A stretch of 63,982 bases of DNA, counting the filler, from Basidioascus undulatus (lineage: Eukaryota): NCBI GenBank assembly GCA_000826855.1. It is 13 parts of 13 records of this genome, joined end to end, with 100 filler letters (N's around TTAATTAATTAA, not from the genome) between each part and the next. Parts side by side here need not be neighbours in the genome. Positions count along the whole stretch, not along the records: positions 26,788 to 30,022 come from JTLS01002478.1; positions 30,123 to 33,350 come from JTLS01002479.1; positions 33,451 to 57,564 come from JTLS01000248.1; 10 more parts are not named here. One strand, given 5' to 3'. Numbering within the stretch: position 1 is the first letter of the stretch; each line of letters begins with the position of its first letter. Shown in pieces: positions 26,806 through 36,322 of this stretch. The position numbers were made by a program, and so were the translations under genes. The notes under the pieces are model-generated. The model had not been told where the DNA came from and made no database searches. It saw only the letters and a program-made list of their open reading frames with translations.

Positions 26806-28669
26806 TCAGATGCCGTCCTCGTCGGAGTCGTAGAACTCGTCCTCGTCCTCGTCGAGCGCGGCAAGCGTCGCAAAGTCGACCTTGTACCGACACAGCCCGC
26901 CCACGCCTCCAAAGCCCTTGACGAACTGCGCGCCCTCCTGCGAGCGGTCCGTGACAAACTCGAGGTTCGCGCCAAACTGTTTGTAGTTGTCCGCGAACCA
27001 CTCGAGCAGGCTCTGCGGCTCGCGTGCCTGCTCCATCTCAAGCCCCGTCGACGGGTCCGTGAAGCGCTCGCGCTCCTTCTCCTGGTCTTTGTTCGTGTGG
27101 ATCACAATCTCCTCTGTAGCCATCAAACCGTCACATCAGTCTCGAGAAAGAGATTGGGAAGTAGGAGATGTGATAATGGGGAAGGGGCGGGGGGGAAAGG
27201 CGTACCGCCAGAGGCATTGCGAAGGACCCAGCGCGTCATGTCGAGGTTCTCCCAGACGATGAGCGTCTCGACCGCGCCGAGGTCGAGGCCACGGAGGGTG
27301 TCGTCGATTCCGAAGCAGAACTTGCCCGTGTCGAGCGAGATCTCGTCAAAGTAGCGCTGGATGAGCTTCTTCTCCTGGACGAACTTGACGTTCGCGAGCG
27401 ACTCGGCGGAGAGGTCGATGGCCTGTCGAACGTGCACCAAATTCAGCCGATGACACTTCAAGAGCGAAGACACGAGAGAAACGCACCTGGTTGAACCCGT
27501 TCTCACCACCGTAGGAGACGTCTACGACCTTGACGATCTTTGCGCCGAGACGCGGGTCGAAGAGGTCGGACTGGGACAGCTCGGTCTTGAAATCCGCGGA
27601 ACCGGCGAGGACGAGGCCGGCGACGTTGACCTTGTCGTTCGTGATGAAGTGCTGGACGGCGAGCTCGGCGACCTTGCGCACATAGTTGTGGCGCTTCTCG
27701 TCGCGGAGACGCGAGAAACGGAGCGCGGACTGTCCACCACGGCCTGTTCCCCCCCGCCACCAAGTCAGTTAAGCTATGTTGGGGAAGAACAAGGAGAAGC
27801 GGGAGGGTGGAGACGCACCGTGCTTCTTGGGAAGGTCGACGGTGAACTTGTGGATGATCTCGCGCGTGTTGCCGGCGAGAGTGCCGAAGAGGGAGCCGTT
27901 ACCATCCATGACGATGAAGCCGAACTTGGAGTCGGACTCGAGGAGCTCCGAGAGCGCCTCGGTGTGAAACTTGTTGTCGCAAAGGTAAAGCGACCTGTCA
28001 CCTCCCATCGCCCCAATTCAGCTCCTTTCCTTCCGAAACACACTGGGAGCCATTGGGAAGACGCACGTGTTGATAGGCTTGTGGGGCTCAAAGTCAAACG
28101 AGACCTTCTTCTCCTTCCCCTCGTCTGTGAGAATGGTGCCGACAAAGAGGACGAGCCCGTTGGGCGGGACGCGGTTGTAGAGCTTGAGGCGCTGCTGGGT
28201 GGAGGTGATGGCGGAGAGGACTGAGAGGCGGTTGACGCGAGACTTGATGTTGGACGCCGTGCCGTACTCCTGCGTGAGCATGCCCGAGATCTGGGAGATT
28301 TGGGCCTGTGCAACGAGGGTGATTGGATGAGCAAGAGAGAGGCACCGGGAGAGAATGAGGGGAGACGCACCTTGGGAGGGATGATGAGGGAGATCATGGA
28401 GGTGCCGGCACCGCGAGCGGCATCAAGAGACTTGATGAGCTTGCGGATCTTCCAGACCTGTGTGTTGGGGACATGAAAGCGGTCAGTTCACAGCACGAAG
28501 TACAGTCCCACTGCAAACTGTTGCGCTCCCATATCCTTCCCAAGAACCTCCCTCCTCTGTCCCCGAGCATGTCCCGCCCTCCCTCCCAGCTCTACGCGCA
28601 GCGCCACCCCCTCCCAGCAGCCATACGCACCTGGATGTTCTGCTCAGCGGCGTCCGGCTGGTTCGACAT
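26806..28669 (-). CDS. SUP45: Eukaryotic peptide chain release factor 1
   Basis: [103 protein letters not shown]. The NIKS, YxCxxxF and GGQ motifs are canonical. Confidence 0.98.
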
Positions 28670-28978
28670 GGCTGCTGCGGTACCCAATAACGAGGATGGA
28701 GAGTGTCGTCAGGCGGAGTGAGCGCAGTGAGCGTGAGTGCAGTGGCAAGGAGTAGGCACAGGGCAAGCGAAGAACTCGAAAACGCCAGCCTCCGGGGCAA
28801 AGTGCGCGTCATTGCGGGAACAGCTGTTTTCTATCGCCGATGAGGCCAGTCCTCAAGGTTGGCAAACAATCTGGCATTGAGCGTGGGAAACCGCAGGCTC
28901 ACTGCGCTCGCAACGTGTCTCCCTTGTCCGTCTTCCTTCATCCCCTTCTCCTCCTCACACTGACATATACCGCCCAGC

Positions 28979-30022
28979 ATGCGACTCCGCTGGGCATCCC
29001 TAGGGCTACTCCTCCCCGCCCTAGCCTCCGCCCGGGACGACTTTGTCTCTTCCCCCGACCCGTCCCCCGAAGTCCTCGCCAACTCCGCAGCCTCCAACGC
29101 CTCCCTCCTCTGGGGCACCTACCGCCCCCAGCTCTACTTTGGTCTGCGCCCACGAGTACCCGAGTCCCTGCTCACGGGGCTGCTCTGGTTTGGCGTGCAG
29201 GACTACAAGGCGTTTGCCAGTGCGTTCTCTCCCTCCCCATTCATCTCTCTCCGGAAAGAAGCACCTGACAGCCAGCCGGAGGGCAGACATCCGGCATGCA
29301 GCCGACCAGGGTGACGGCCTGGCGGGGTATACCTGGACGCGCCACGACGGCCGGACAGCGGGGCAGCAGCGCCTCCGCGATCCGCTCAACAACGTCGAGC
29401 TGTGGACGGAGCTGCTCAAGGTCGAGGGCGGAGAGCACGGCGGCAGCTGGGGGGCGAGGATCAGGGGGAAGCCGCTGGATGAGAGTAGGTGCGCTTTTGG
29501 GCATGCGTGGGTCTATGGGAAGCTTATTCGGGGAGGTGGTGGGAAGGCAAGCCAATGCGGGTCTCGTTCGTCTCGTACTTTGGCTTGGAGGGGCTGGGCG
29601 AGCTCGAGCTGCAGACGGACGAGGATGAGGATGTGCGTGTTTTTCTCCAATAATTCTTCCTCCTCGCCCTCATGCAGTTCTTTTTCCACAGGGTCTTGAA
29701 TCACCCATAACGCTCGCCGGCAACACCCCCGAACTCGGAGCCTTCACCATCCGGATAGCCGAAAGTGCGCATACAGCCTTTCCCTCCCCCGAAACTCCCT
29801 CCATGCCTGCCTTCCTCGCTTCTTCCCGTTACCATCTTCAAACCCACCTCACCCCCCCAGACCCCACCAACAATCCCGTCACGCCCGTCTTCCACCCCCA
29901 AGACTTCCTCGCGCGCTCCACGCGCTCGCACTACGTCGGCCTGCCCATCCCCGCGACCGCCTTCTCTGCCATCCGCGCTCCGGCGTACAAGGGCCAGCGC
30001 GACGAGGACGAGCCGCAGCGGG
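28979..30022 (+). CDS. CWH41: Mannosyl-oligosaccharide glucosidase I (GH63), 5' part
   Basis: Signal peptide MRLRWASLGLLLPALASA, then NASLLWGTYRPQLYFGLRPRVPESLLTGLLWFG; IRHAADQGDGLAGYTWTRHDGR; GGEHGGSWGARIRGKP. Confidence 0.93.
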
Positions 30023-30122
30023 NNNNNNNNNNNNNNNNNNNNNNNNNNNNNNNNNNNNNNNNNNNNTTAATTAATTAANNNNNNNNNNNNNNNNNNNNNN
30101 NNNNNNNNNNNNNNNNNNNNNN

Positions 30123-30385
30123 CATACCCGTCGCAGCAGTACTACTACCCGCAGTCGGCGCCGCCCGTTCCGCATGGATCGCATCCCGCGCATGCGCCGC
30201 CGAGCCCGACGCTCGAGGACCTCACGGCGCAGATCGACAGCGCGACGTTCGCGCGCAATCTCGACACCGCTAAGCAGGTCTTCCCCCACGTTGAGCCGGA
30301 GGTGTGCGAGCTCGTTCTGCGCGCTGAGGGCGGTGACTTGGGACGCGCGGTGGAGAGACTGTTGGAGATGAGTAGTGGCGGGTGA
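30123..30385 (+). CDS. 3' end of a protein with a C-terminal CUE (ubiquitin-binding) domain
   Basis: This frame is absent from the ORF track: YPSQQYYYPQSAPPVP..QIDSATFARNLDTAKQVFPHVEPEVCELVLRAEGGDLGRAVERLLEMSSGG* (FP and LL CUE motifs). Confidence 0.75.
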
Positions 30386-32176
30386 GAGGGCGACTTCGGG
30401 CATGGGTTGTCGCCTCGAGGTCACAGCATGTCATTCATCGTCGTCTTTCTACATTGCTTCAGCAACTGCTTTTGAATTTGACACGCTTTCGATCGACCTG
30501 CCGGCAGCTTCCTGCACTGCCCCCAGTTCCTTTCCACGCCGGCCTTCAGTTGCTACCACCCTCCGACCGCCCGCATGCTTCGCCGTCGCTCGCACATTGC
30601 GCATGCTCAGGGATCCAATTTCACAGAGATGTTTGTGCCTTTTTTTATACCTTGGTCTGACCTTCCATGGCATGGTAATATACCCAGCTATACCATTGCC
30701 ACCTCGTTCGTGGAACCTCTTCTGCGTTCGCAGTCAGCATCCTGCTGCCTTCCATCTCAGAGTTCGGTTGCAGCAACGCATACAATTGCAGACGTAGTTA
30801 TTGCTGATGTTCTCTTGAAGGTTTGATTCCTTCCAATAGCTGCCTCAAGCCGCTGTTGCCTGAAAGACTCTCCAGGGTTTCCACAAGCCGTCTTTTCAAG
30901 AACCATCAAAGCGAACGAGTCTGGACAAGACTGGTACAGTAGTCTGCTGGGAACAAGACTTCTCGAAGAACTTCCAGGCACTCCTTCTTTCAGTACCAAT
31001 GTGGTCGGAAGAAGATTGAAGCACTCTGGAAACAAATGCCGGTATCACGTCTACAAGACTGCCCCGCTAGGCCCACGGTGGCACGCAGTAGTCTTTCAAA
31101 CGCTGAACTTCCGATACAATTTCCTCAAGTCGGTGTCCTGAGCACACAGGTGGTTTTGGAGACCTAGTTATGCTGTCTTTCGAAAGACTGGAACAGCTTA
31201 GAAAGACCAATGTAGTCTGTGGAAGACGGTCCAAAGCCTGCAGACTTCCCAAATGCCCCGGTTTGGCGAAGACTGCTCCAGTCTACCGCCAACTGATGGA
31301 CTGGTGCCGTCTGGAGAGTCTGGAGAGCAGTCGTTTCAACTATATTGTTCGTGTACTGCGAGGTAGGGCTTGGTAGGGCCTTGTGAAGTCGCCCGTGCCG
31401 CTTGACGTCTGTCGCGCATCACTGCTCAACCATCGGCCCGGGCAATACTAACTTTGCAGCATCTGTGGTGGAAGGAATACAACGAGGAATAACTGTCCGC
31501 AGCACATAGAACAGTGTTCGGTCGCGTTCAGTCGGGTCGAACGACGAAGACGTTTGGAGAGCAATGACAACAGCTCCATCGTCGGTACCGCTCCTCTGGG
31601 TCGACTCACGAGCTCCTTTTGACTCCTCAACTTTGTTCTCTTGATGCTGCTCTTTCTCTTTCAGACCGGTCCATCCTCCCCTTCCCTCCCCAGCCCGTCC
31701 GCACCCATTCCTTTGCGCACATTCGTTCTTTCGCAAGTGCCCGCATCCGCCGCACCGTCGGTCATGAAAGCAAAGGCTGACGGGCGTGGCGTGCCTGAAC
31801 CGGCAGCTCGGACCCCTTCTCTTCGTCACGGGCCATTGCGTCGCAATCGTCTTCAGCTCCTCTTCGCTTGCGCCCATCTTCGATTCTTTCGCGTTTGCTC
31901 TCACACTTACATTCGCTCTCGGTTCCTGGTCACTACGCGGCGGTAGATTAGTGTATTTGGAGCTGATAGTTATGTGAGTCTATGGGGCAGAGGCTGCGGG
32001 CTGGTGGAGCGGAGAGGGCAGACTTGGGTGGGTGGGTGGTGTTGAGGGTCTGCCGGATTTCTAGTGGATTGGAGTCGAGCTGATACACCCTTTATGTGTT
32101 GCACGTACAAAACAAACCTGACAACTCGGCCGACCTAAACACCCGCAGACCCATCGAGCGTGCGGTCTGCCCTTCG

Positions 32177-33350
32177 ATGCCCACCTTGGTCTCCCCCCCG
32201 CCGACGTCAGAGTCCCAGAGCCAGTCCCCGCACTCGCCGCTCACCTCGTTCCTGCACCGCCTCCGTCCGCGCTCTCACTCGCCCGGTACGGCGTCCCCGC
32301 CATCCCCGCTCCCAGACGAGAAGTACACGCCGTACCGCCCGCCGCTCGAGCCCACGCACGCTCAGCAGCGGTATTCGATCGCCCCCGCCGGGATCGGCGA
32401 GAGCCCGAGCGTCCCCCGGCGCGCTACCGACCGTCGTACGGGGGGTTGGAAGGCGGCGGGTACAGGCGGTCACAGAAAGAGTCTTTCGTCCGGCGCGGCT
32501 GAGCAGGCGGTGAGTCCCCCGCCAGCGGCGACGACCACAGCAATGGGCAGCGAGCAGCACGTCTACCACTACCGACGCGCGCGCAGGCCGACGCTGGGCC
32601 GCCGCGACTTGGGCCCCAGCCCGTTGTTTCCCGCGCAGAACCACCCAGACCCCTTCGCGGCCGGTCCGAGATCGGCGCCCCTCCACGCGCACGCGTCGAG
32701 CAGCACGCCCAACCTCCTCTTCCCCGCCCCCGCCCGGCGCACACATACACCCACCAGCCCGGCAACTTCCAATTCCTCTTCCAACTTGATCCCGTGAGCC
32801 GCCTCTCTCCCTTCCCCCCTCTCTCCTCCAAGGTTCCAAGGTTCTCACTCATACACGACCCACCGACGCGCAGGAAATCCTTCGAGCCCGCATCCGTCTG
32901 CGACGCGTTCCTCTTCCCGCGCCCCCGTCTCCGCCCACACGCCATCACGCCCCCATCCCCTACGTCACCCTCCTACGCCTTCCCCCCGCCCCCACCCGCA
33001 CCCCAACCGCAGGGCACGATCCGCAAGACGCGCTCCGAGACGTTCTCGCATCTCGTCCCTGTGTCGCCCGTCACCCCACGCGAGAACGAGACGGACCTCG
33101 AGCGCGTCCTGCGCGAGGGCGCGGAGCTCGAACGCGAGCGCGCGCGCTGGCGCGATACGACCGCGCGGAGCATCACGGGCTCTGCGCCTCGGCGGCGGAG
33201 GTCTTCGTCCGCTGCGCATAGCCAGGCGACGCAGACGCAGACGCAGACGCACAGCCGCACGAGCTCGCGCTCCACATCCACTCGCCGGCGGCCCTCCTTG
33301 CCTTCCCTCTTCCGGCGCCCTTCAGCCGACGCCCCCCCGCTCCCTCCGCC
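32177..33350 (+). CDS. Pro/Ser-rich hypothetical protein, 3' truncated
   Basis: MPTLVSPPPTSES.., an intron at ~32794-32873 (GTGAGC..GCAG), then KSFEPASVCDAFLFPRPRLRPHAITPPSP; the frame stays open to the contig end. Confidence 0.6.
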
Positions 33351-33450
33351 NNNNNNNNNNNNNNNNNNNNNNNNNNNNNNNNNNNNNNNNNNNNTTAATT
33401 AATTAANNNNNNNNNNNNNNNNNNNNNNNNNNNNNNNNNNNNNNNNNNNN

Positions 33451-33567
33451 GGCCCCTTCCCGCTCCTGTATCCCCTCCTGTTGCCCATTAGCGGCCCTTC
33501 TCGCTCCTGTACTCTACCCCTCCTGTTGCCTATTAGCGGCGTCGCATGCAGAGCTCTTAACGCCTAA
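33451..33567 (+). repeat. Direct repeat, copy 1 (second copy at 37769-37840)
   Basis: GGCCCCTTCCCGCTCCTGTATCCCCTCCTGTTGCCCA..GCGTCGCATGCAGAGCTCTTAACG occurs at both sites; copy 1 has an extra internal tandem unit. Confidence 0.85.
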
Positions 33568-34179
33568 CCTACATGTCAAGTCCGTCCTGGAGCAGGACAG
33601 GCGGATAGTGAGGGAGCTCTGTGAACTACGGCCACCCGGCAGTCCTCACCTGACCAGGATAGCTAGTATTATAGACTTGGAATATGCCTCCTATGTGTCT
33701 CTGGAGCTGGCTAGGTATGTACACAAGGCCTGCAACCAGCACTGGCTCTGGAAGACTCTCCACGACGGCCTGGGGGTGGATGCCACCCAGACACAGACGG
33801 CGGTGGTACCCCGACTCTACCACTTTCATTCTCCCCTCATTTCCTTCTTCCCCCTTGTTTCTTCCTCCGAAGCATGAGCGATCACGGTCTTTGCCGAGCC
33901 GGCCACTGGGCGGGCAAGGAGATGAGCACATGCACTACTAGGGGCTTGCCGTTCGAGAGCATATGCGCGTAGTGGCCCGTCTCCGCTTCCTTTCCTCTCC
34001 CGAGACCATGCATGGCGGTGCGTCTCCGCTTCCTTTCCTACTCCGAGACCATGATCTTTCATCACCTTGCGTTGGGTACCCGCTGAGCCGGCTTCAGCAG
34101 AAAAGGTAGCGATTACTTCATCCTCCGCTCTGAGGACAAGGCGGGCAATCGGATCCAGATGATGCGCTTCTGCTTCTCT

Positions 34180-34186
34180 TATTTAA
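34180..34186 (+). promoter_or_regulatory. Putative TATA box of the micro-exon gene
   Basis: TATTTAA lies ~65 nt upstream of ATG 34251, which is in a CAAAATG context. Confidence 0.45.
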
Positions 34187-34250
34187 GAAGCACCGCAGTT
34201 TTGCCAGCCTCTTTTCAGCACACTCTCGAAATCATTGCCGAGCTCCCAAA

Positions 34251-36322
34251 ATGCGTTCCTCCACTCAGACCCTCTTCGTCCTCGTAGCCATTGCTGTGTC
34301 TGCCTCAGTCGAGGTCCTCGCCCTTCCGCAGGTGAGTGTTGCCCTGCCGAATCCTGAGTTACAACGAGGCACTGACGCTGGTGGTGGTATCCTGACCGTC
34401 TCAGACCGTACGTGTTTCCCTGCTGAGTCCTGAGCTTACAACGAGGCACTGACGCGGGCCATCGTCTCCCTGTCGTCTCAGGCCGTACGTGTTTCCCTCC
34501 TGAGTCCTGAGCTGCAACGAGGCACTGACGCAGGCCGTCGTCAACCCATCGTCTCAGAGCGTACGTGTTTCCCTCCTGAGTCCTGAGCTGCAACGAGGCA
34601 CTGACGCGGGCCATCGTCTCCCTATCGTCTCAGGGAGTACGTGTTTCCCAGCTGAGTCTTGGGCTTACAACGAGGCACTGACGCGGCCATCGTCTCCCCA
34701 TCGTCTCAGGCCGTACGTGTTTCCCTCCTCAGTCCTGAGCTTACAACGAGGCACTGACGCGGGCCATCGTAACCCCATCGCCTCAGAGCGTTAGTGTTTC
34801 CCTGTTGAGTCCTGAGCTTACAACGAGGCACTGACGCGGGCCATCTCTCCCTATCGTCTCAGGGAGTACGTGTTTCCCCGCTGAGTCCTAAGCTTACAAC
34901 GAGGCACTGACGCAGGCCATCGTCAACCCATCGTCTCAGAGCGTACGTGTTTCCCTCCTGAGTCCTGAGCTGCAACGAGGCACTGACGCTGGCCATCATC
35001 TCCCTATCGTCTCAGGCCGTACGTGGTTTCCCTGCTGAGTCTTGAGCTTACAACGAAGCAATGACGCGGGTCGTGGTATACCGACCGTCTCAGTTCGTAA
35101 GTGTTTCCCTCCTGGGTCCTGAGCTTACAACGAGGCACTGACGCGGGCCCTCGTCTCCCCATCGTCTCAGTGTGTACGTGTTTCCATGCTGAGTCCCGAG
35201 CTTATAACGAGGCACTGACGCGGGCCATCGTCTCCCCATCGTCTCAGCGCGTATGTGTTTCCCTCCTGAGTCCTGAGCTGCAACGAGGCACTGACGCGGG
35301 CCATCGTCTTCCCACCGTCTCAGGACGTACGTGTTTCCCTCCCGGGTCCTGAGCTTACAACAAGGCACTGACGCTGGTCGTGTTATCCTGACCTTCTAAG
35401 ATCGTACGTGTTTCCCTGCTGAGTCCTGAGCTGCAACGAGGCACTGACGCTGGTCGTGGTATCCTGACCGTCTCAGTTCGTACGTGTGTTTCCCTGCTGA
35501 GTCCTGAGCTGCAACGAGGCACTGACGCGGGCCATCGTCTCCCTATCTCTCAGGGAGTACGTGCTTCCCTGATGAGTCCTGAGCTGCAACGAGGCACTGA
35601 CGCGGGCCATCGTCTTCCCATCGTCTCAGAACGTACGTGTTGCCCTGATGAGTCCTGAGATTGAGGCACTGACGCGGGCCATCGTCTCCCCATCGTCTCA
35701 GACCGTACGTGTTTTCCTGATGAGTCCTGAGCTTACAACGAGGCACTGACGCGGGCCATCGTCTCCCCGTCGTCTCAGGCCGTACGTGTTTCCCTCCTGA
35801 GTCCTGAGCTGCAACGAGGCACTGACGCGGGCCATCGTCTCCCCGTCGCCCCAGAGCGTATGTGTTTCCCTGCTGAGTCCTGATCTTCAACGAGGTACTG
35901 ACGCGGGCCATCGTCTCCCTATCGTCTCAGGGAGTACGTGTTTCCCTCCTGAGTCCTGAGCTTACAACGAGGCACTGATGCCGGCCATCGTCTCCCCATC
36001 GTCTCAGGACGTGCGTGTTTCCCTGCTGAGTCCTGAGCTTACAACGAGGCACTGACGCGGGCGATCGTCTCCCTATCGTCTCAGACCGTACGTGTTTCCC
36101 TCCTGAGTCCTGAGCTACAACGAGGCACTGACGCGGGCCCTCGTCTCCCCATCGTCTCAGTGTGTACGTGTTTCCCTCCTCAGTCCTGAGCTTACAACGA
36201 GGCACTGACGCAGGCCATCGTCAACCCATCGTCTCAGAGCGTACGTGTTTCCCTTCTGAGTCCTGAGCGGCAACGACGCACTGACGTTGGTCGTGGTATC
36301 CTGATTGTCTCAGGCTTCCTAA
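34251..36322 (+). CDS. Micro-exon gene: small secreted peptide of 54 aa from 27 exons, 25 of them single codons
   Basis: Exon 1 is 34251-34331 (27 codons, signal peptide, ends phase 0 at CAG|GTGAGT). 3-nt exons: 34405 ACC, 34482 GCC, 34558 AGC, 34634 GGA, 34710 GCC, 34787 AGC, 34863 GGA, 34940 AGC, 35016 GCC, 35094 TTC, 35171 TGT, 35248 CGC, 35324 GAC, 35401 ATC, 35477 TTC, 35554 GGA, 35630 AAC, 35702 ACC, 35779 GCC, 35855 AGC, 35931 GGA, 36008 GAC, 36085 ACC, 36161 TGT, 36238 AGC. The last exon is 36314-36322 GCT TCC TAA. Confidence 0.85.
34332..36313 (+). repeat. Tandem array of 26 intron units (69-75-nt intron + 3-nt exon, ~77-bp period)
   Basis: Consensus GTACGTGTTTCCCT(G/C)CTGAGTCCTGAGCT(TA/G)CAACGAGGCACTGACGCGGGCCATCGTCTCCCCATCGTCTCAG+NNN. 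Confidence 0.97.

Noticed and set aside
26806..28669. Variant eRF1 implying an altered genetic code
   Set aside because: The TASNIKS, YLCDNKF and GGQ motifs are canonical, and genes in the window end in TAA, TAG and TGA.
33608..33877. Phosphotransferase-like fragment (IASIIDLEYA)
   Set aside because: A single short motif with no supporting exons; at most a relic.
34183..36205. Minus-strand repeat ORFs (..GPRQCLVAAQDS..) as a repeat protein
   Set aside because: Unit lengths vary and are mostly not multiples of 3, so frames shift and stop repeatedly; these are antisense shadows of the intron array.
34332..36313. CRISPR array or plain minisatellite
   Set aside because: The variable part is only 3 nt rather than ~30-nt unique spacers, there are no cas genes, and the context is eukaryotic. 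The units are exact intron structures bounded by a signal-peptide exon and a stop exon.
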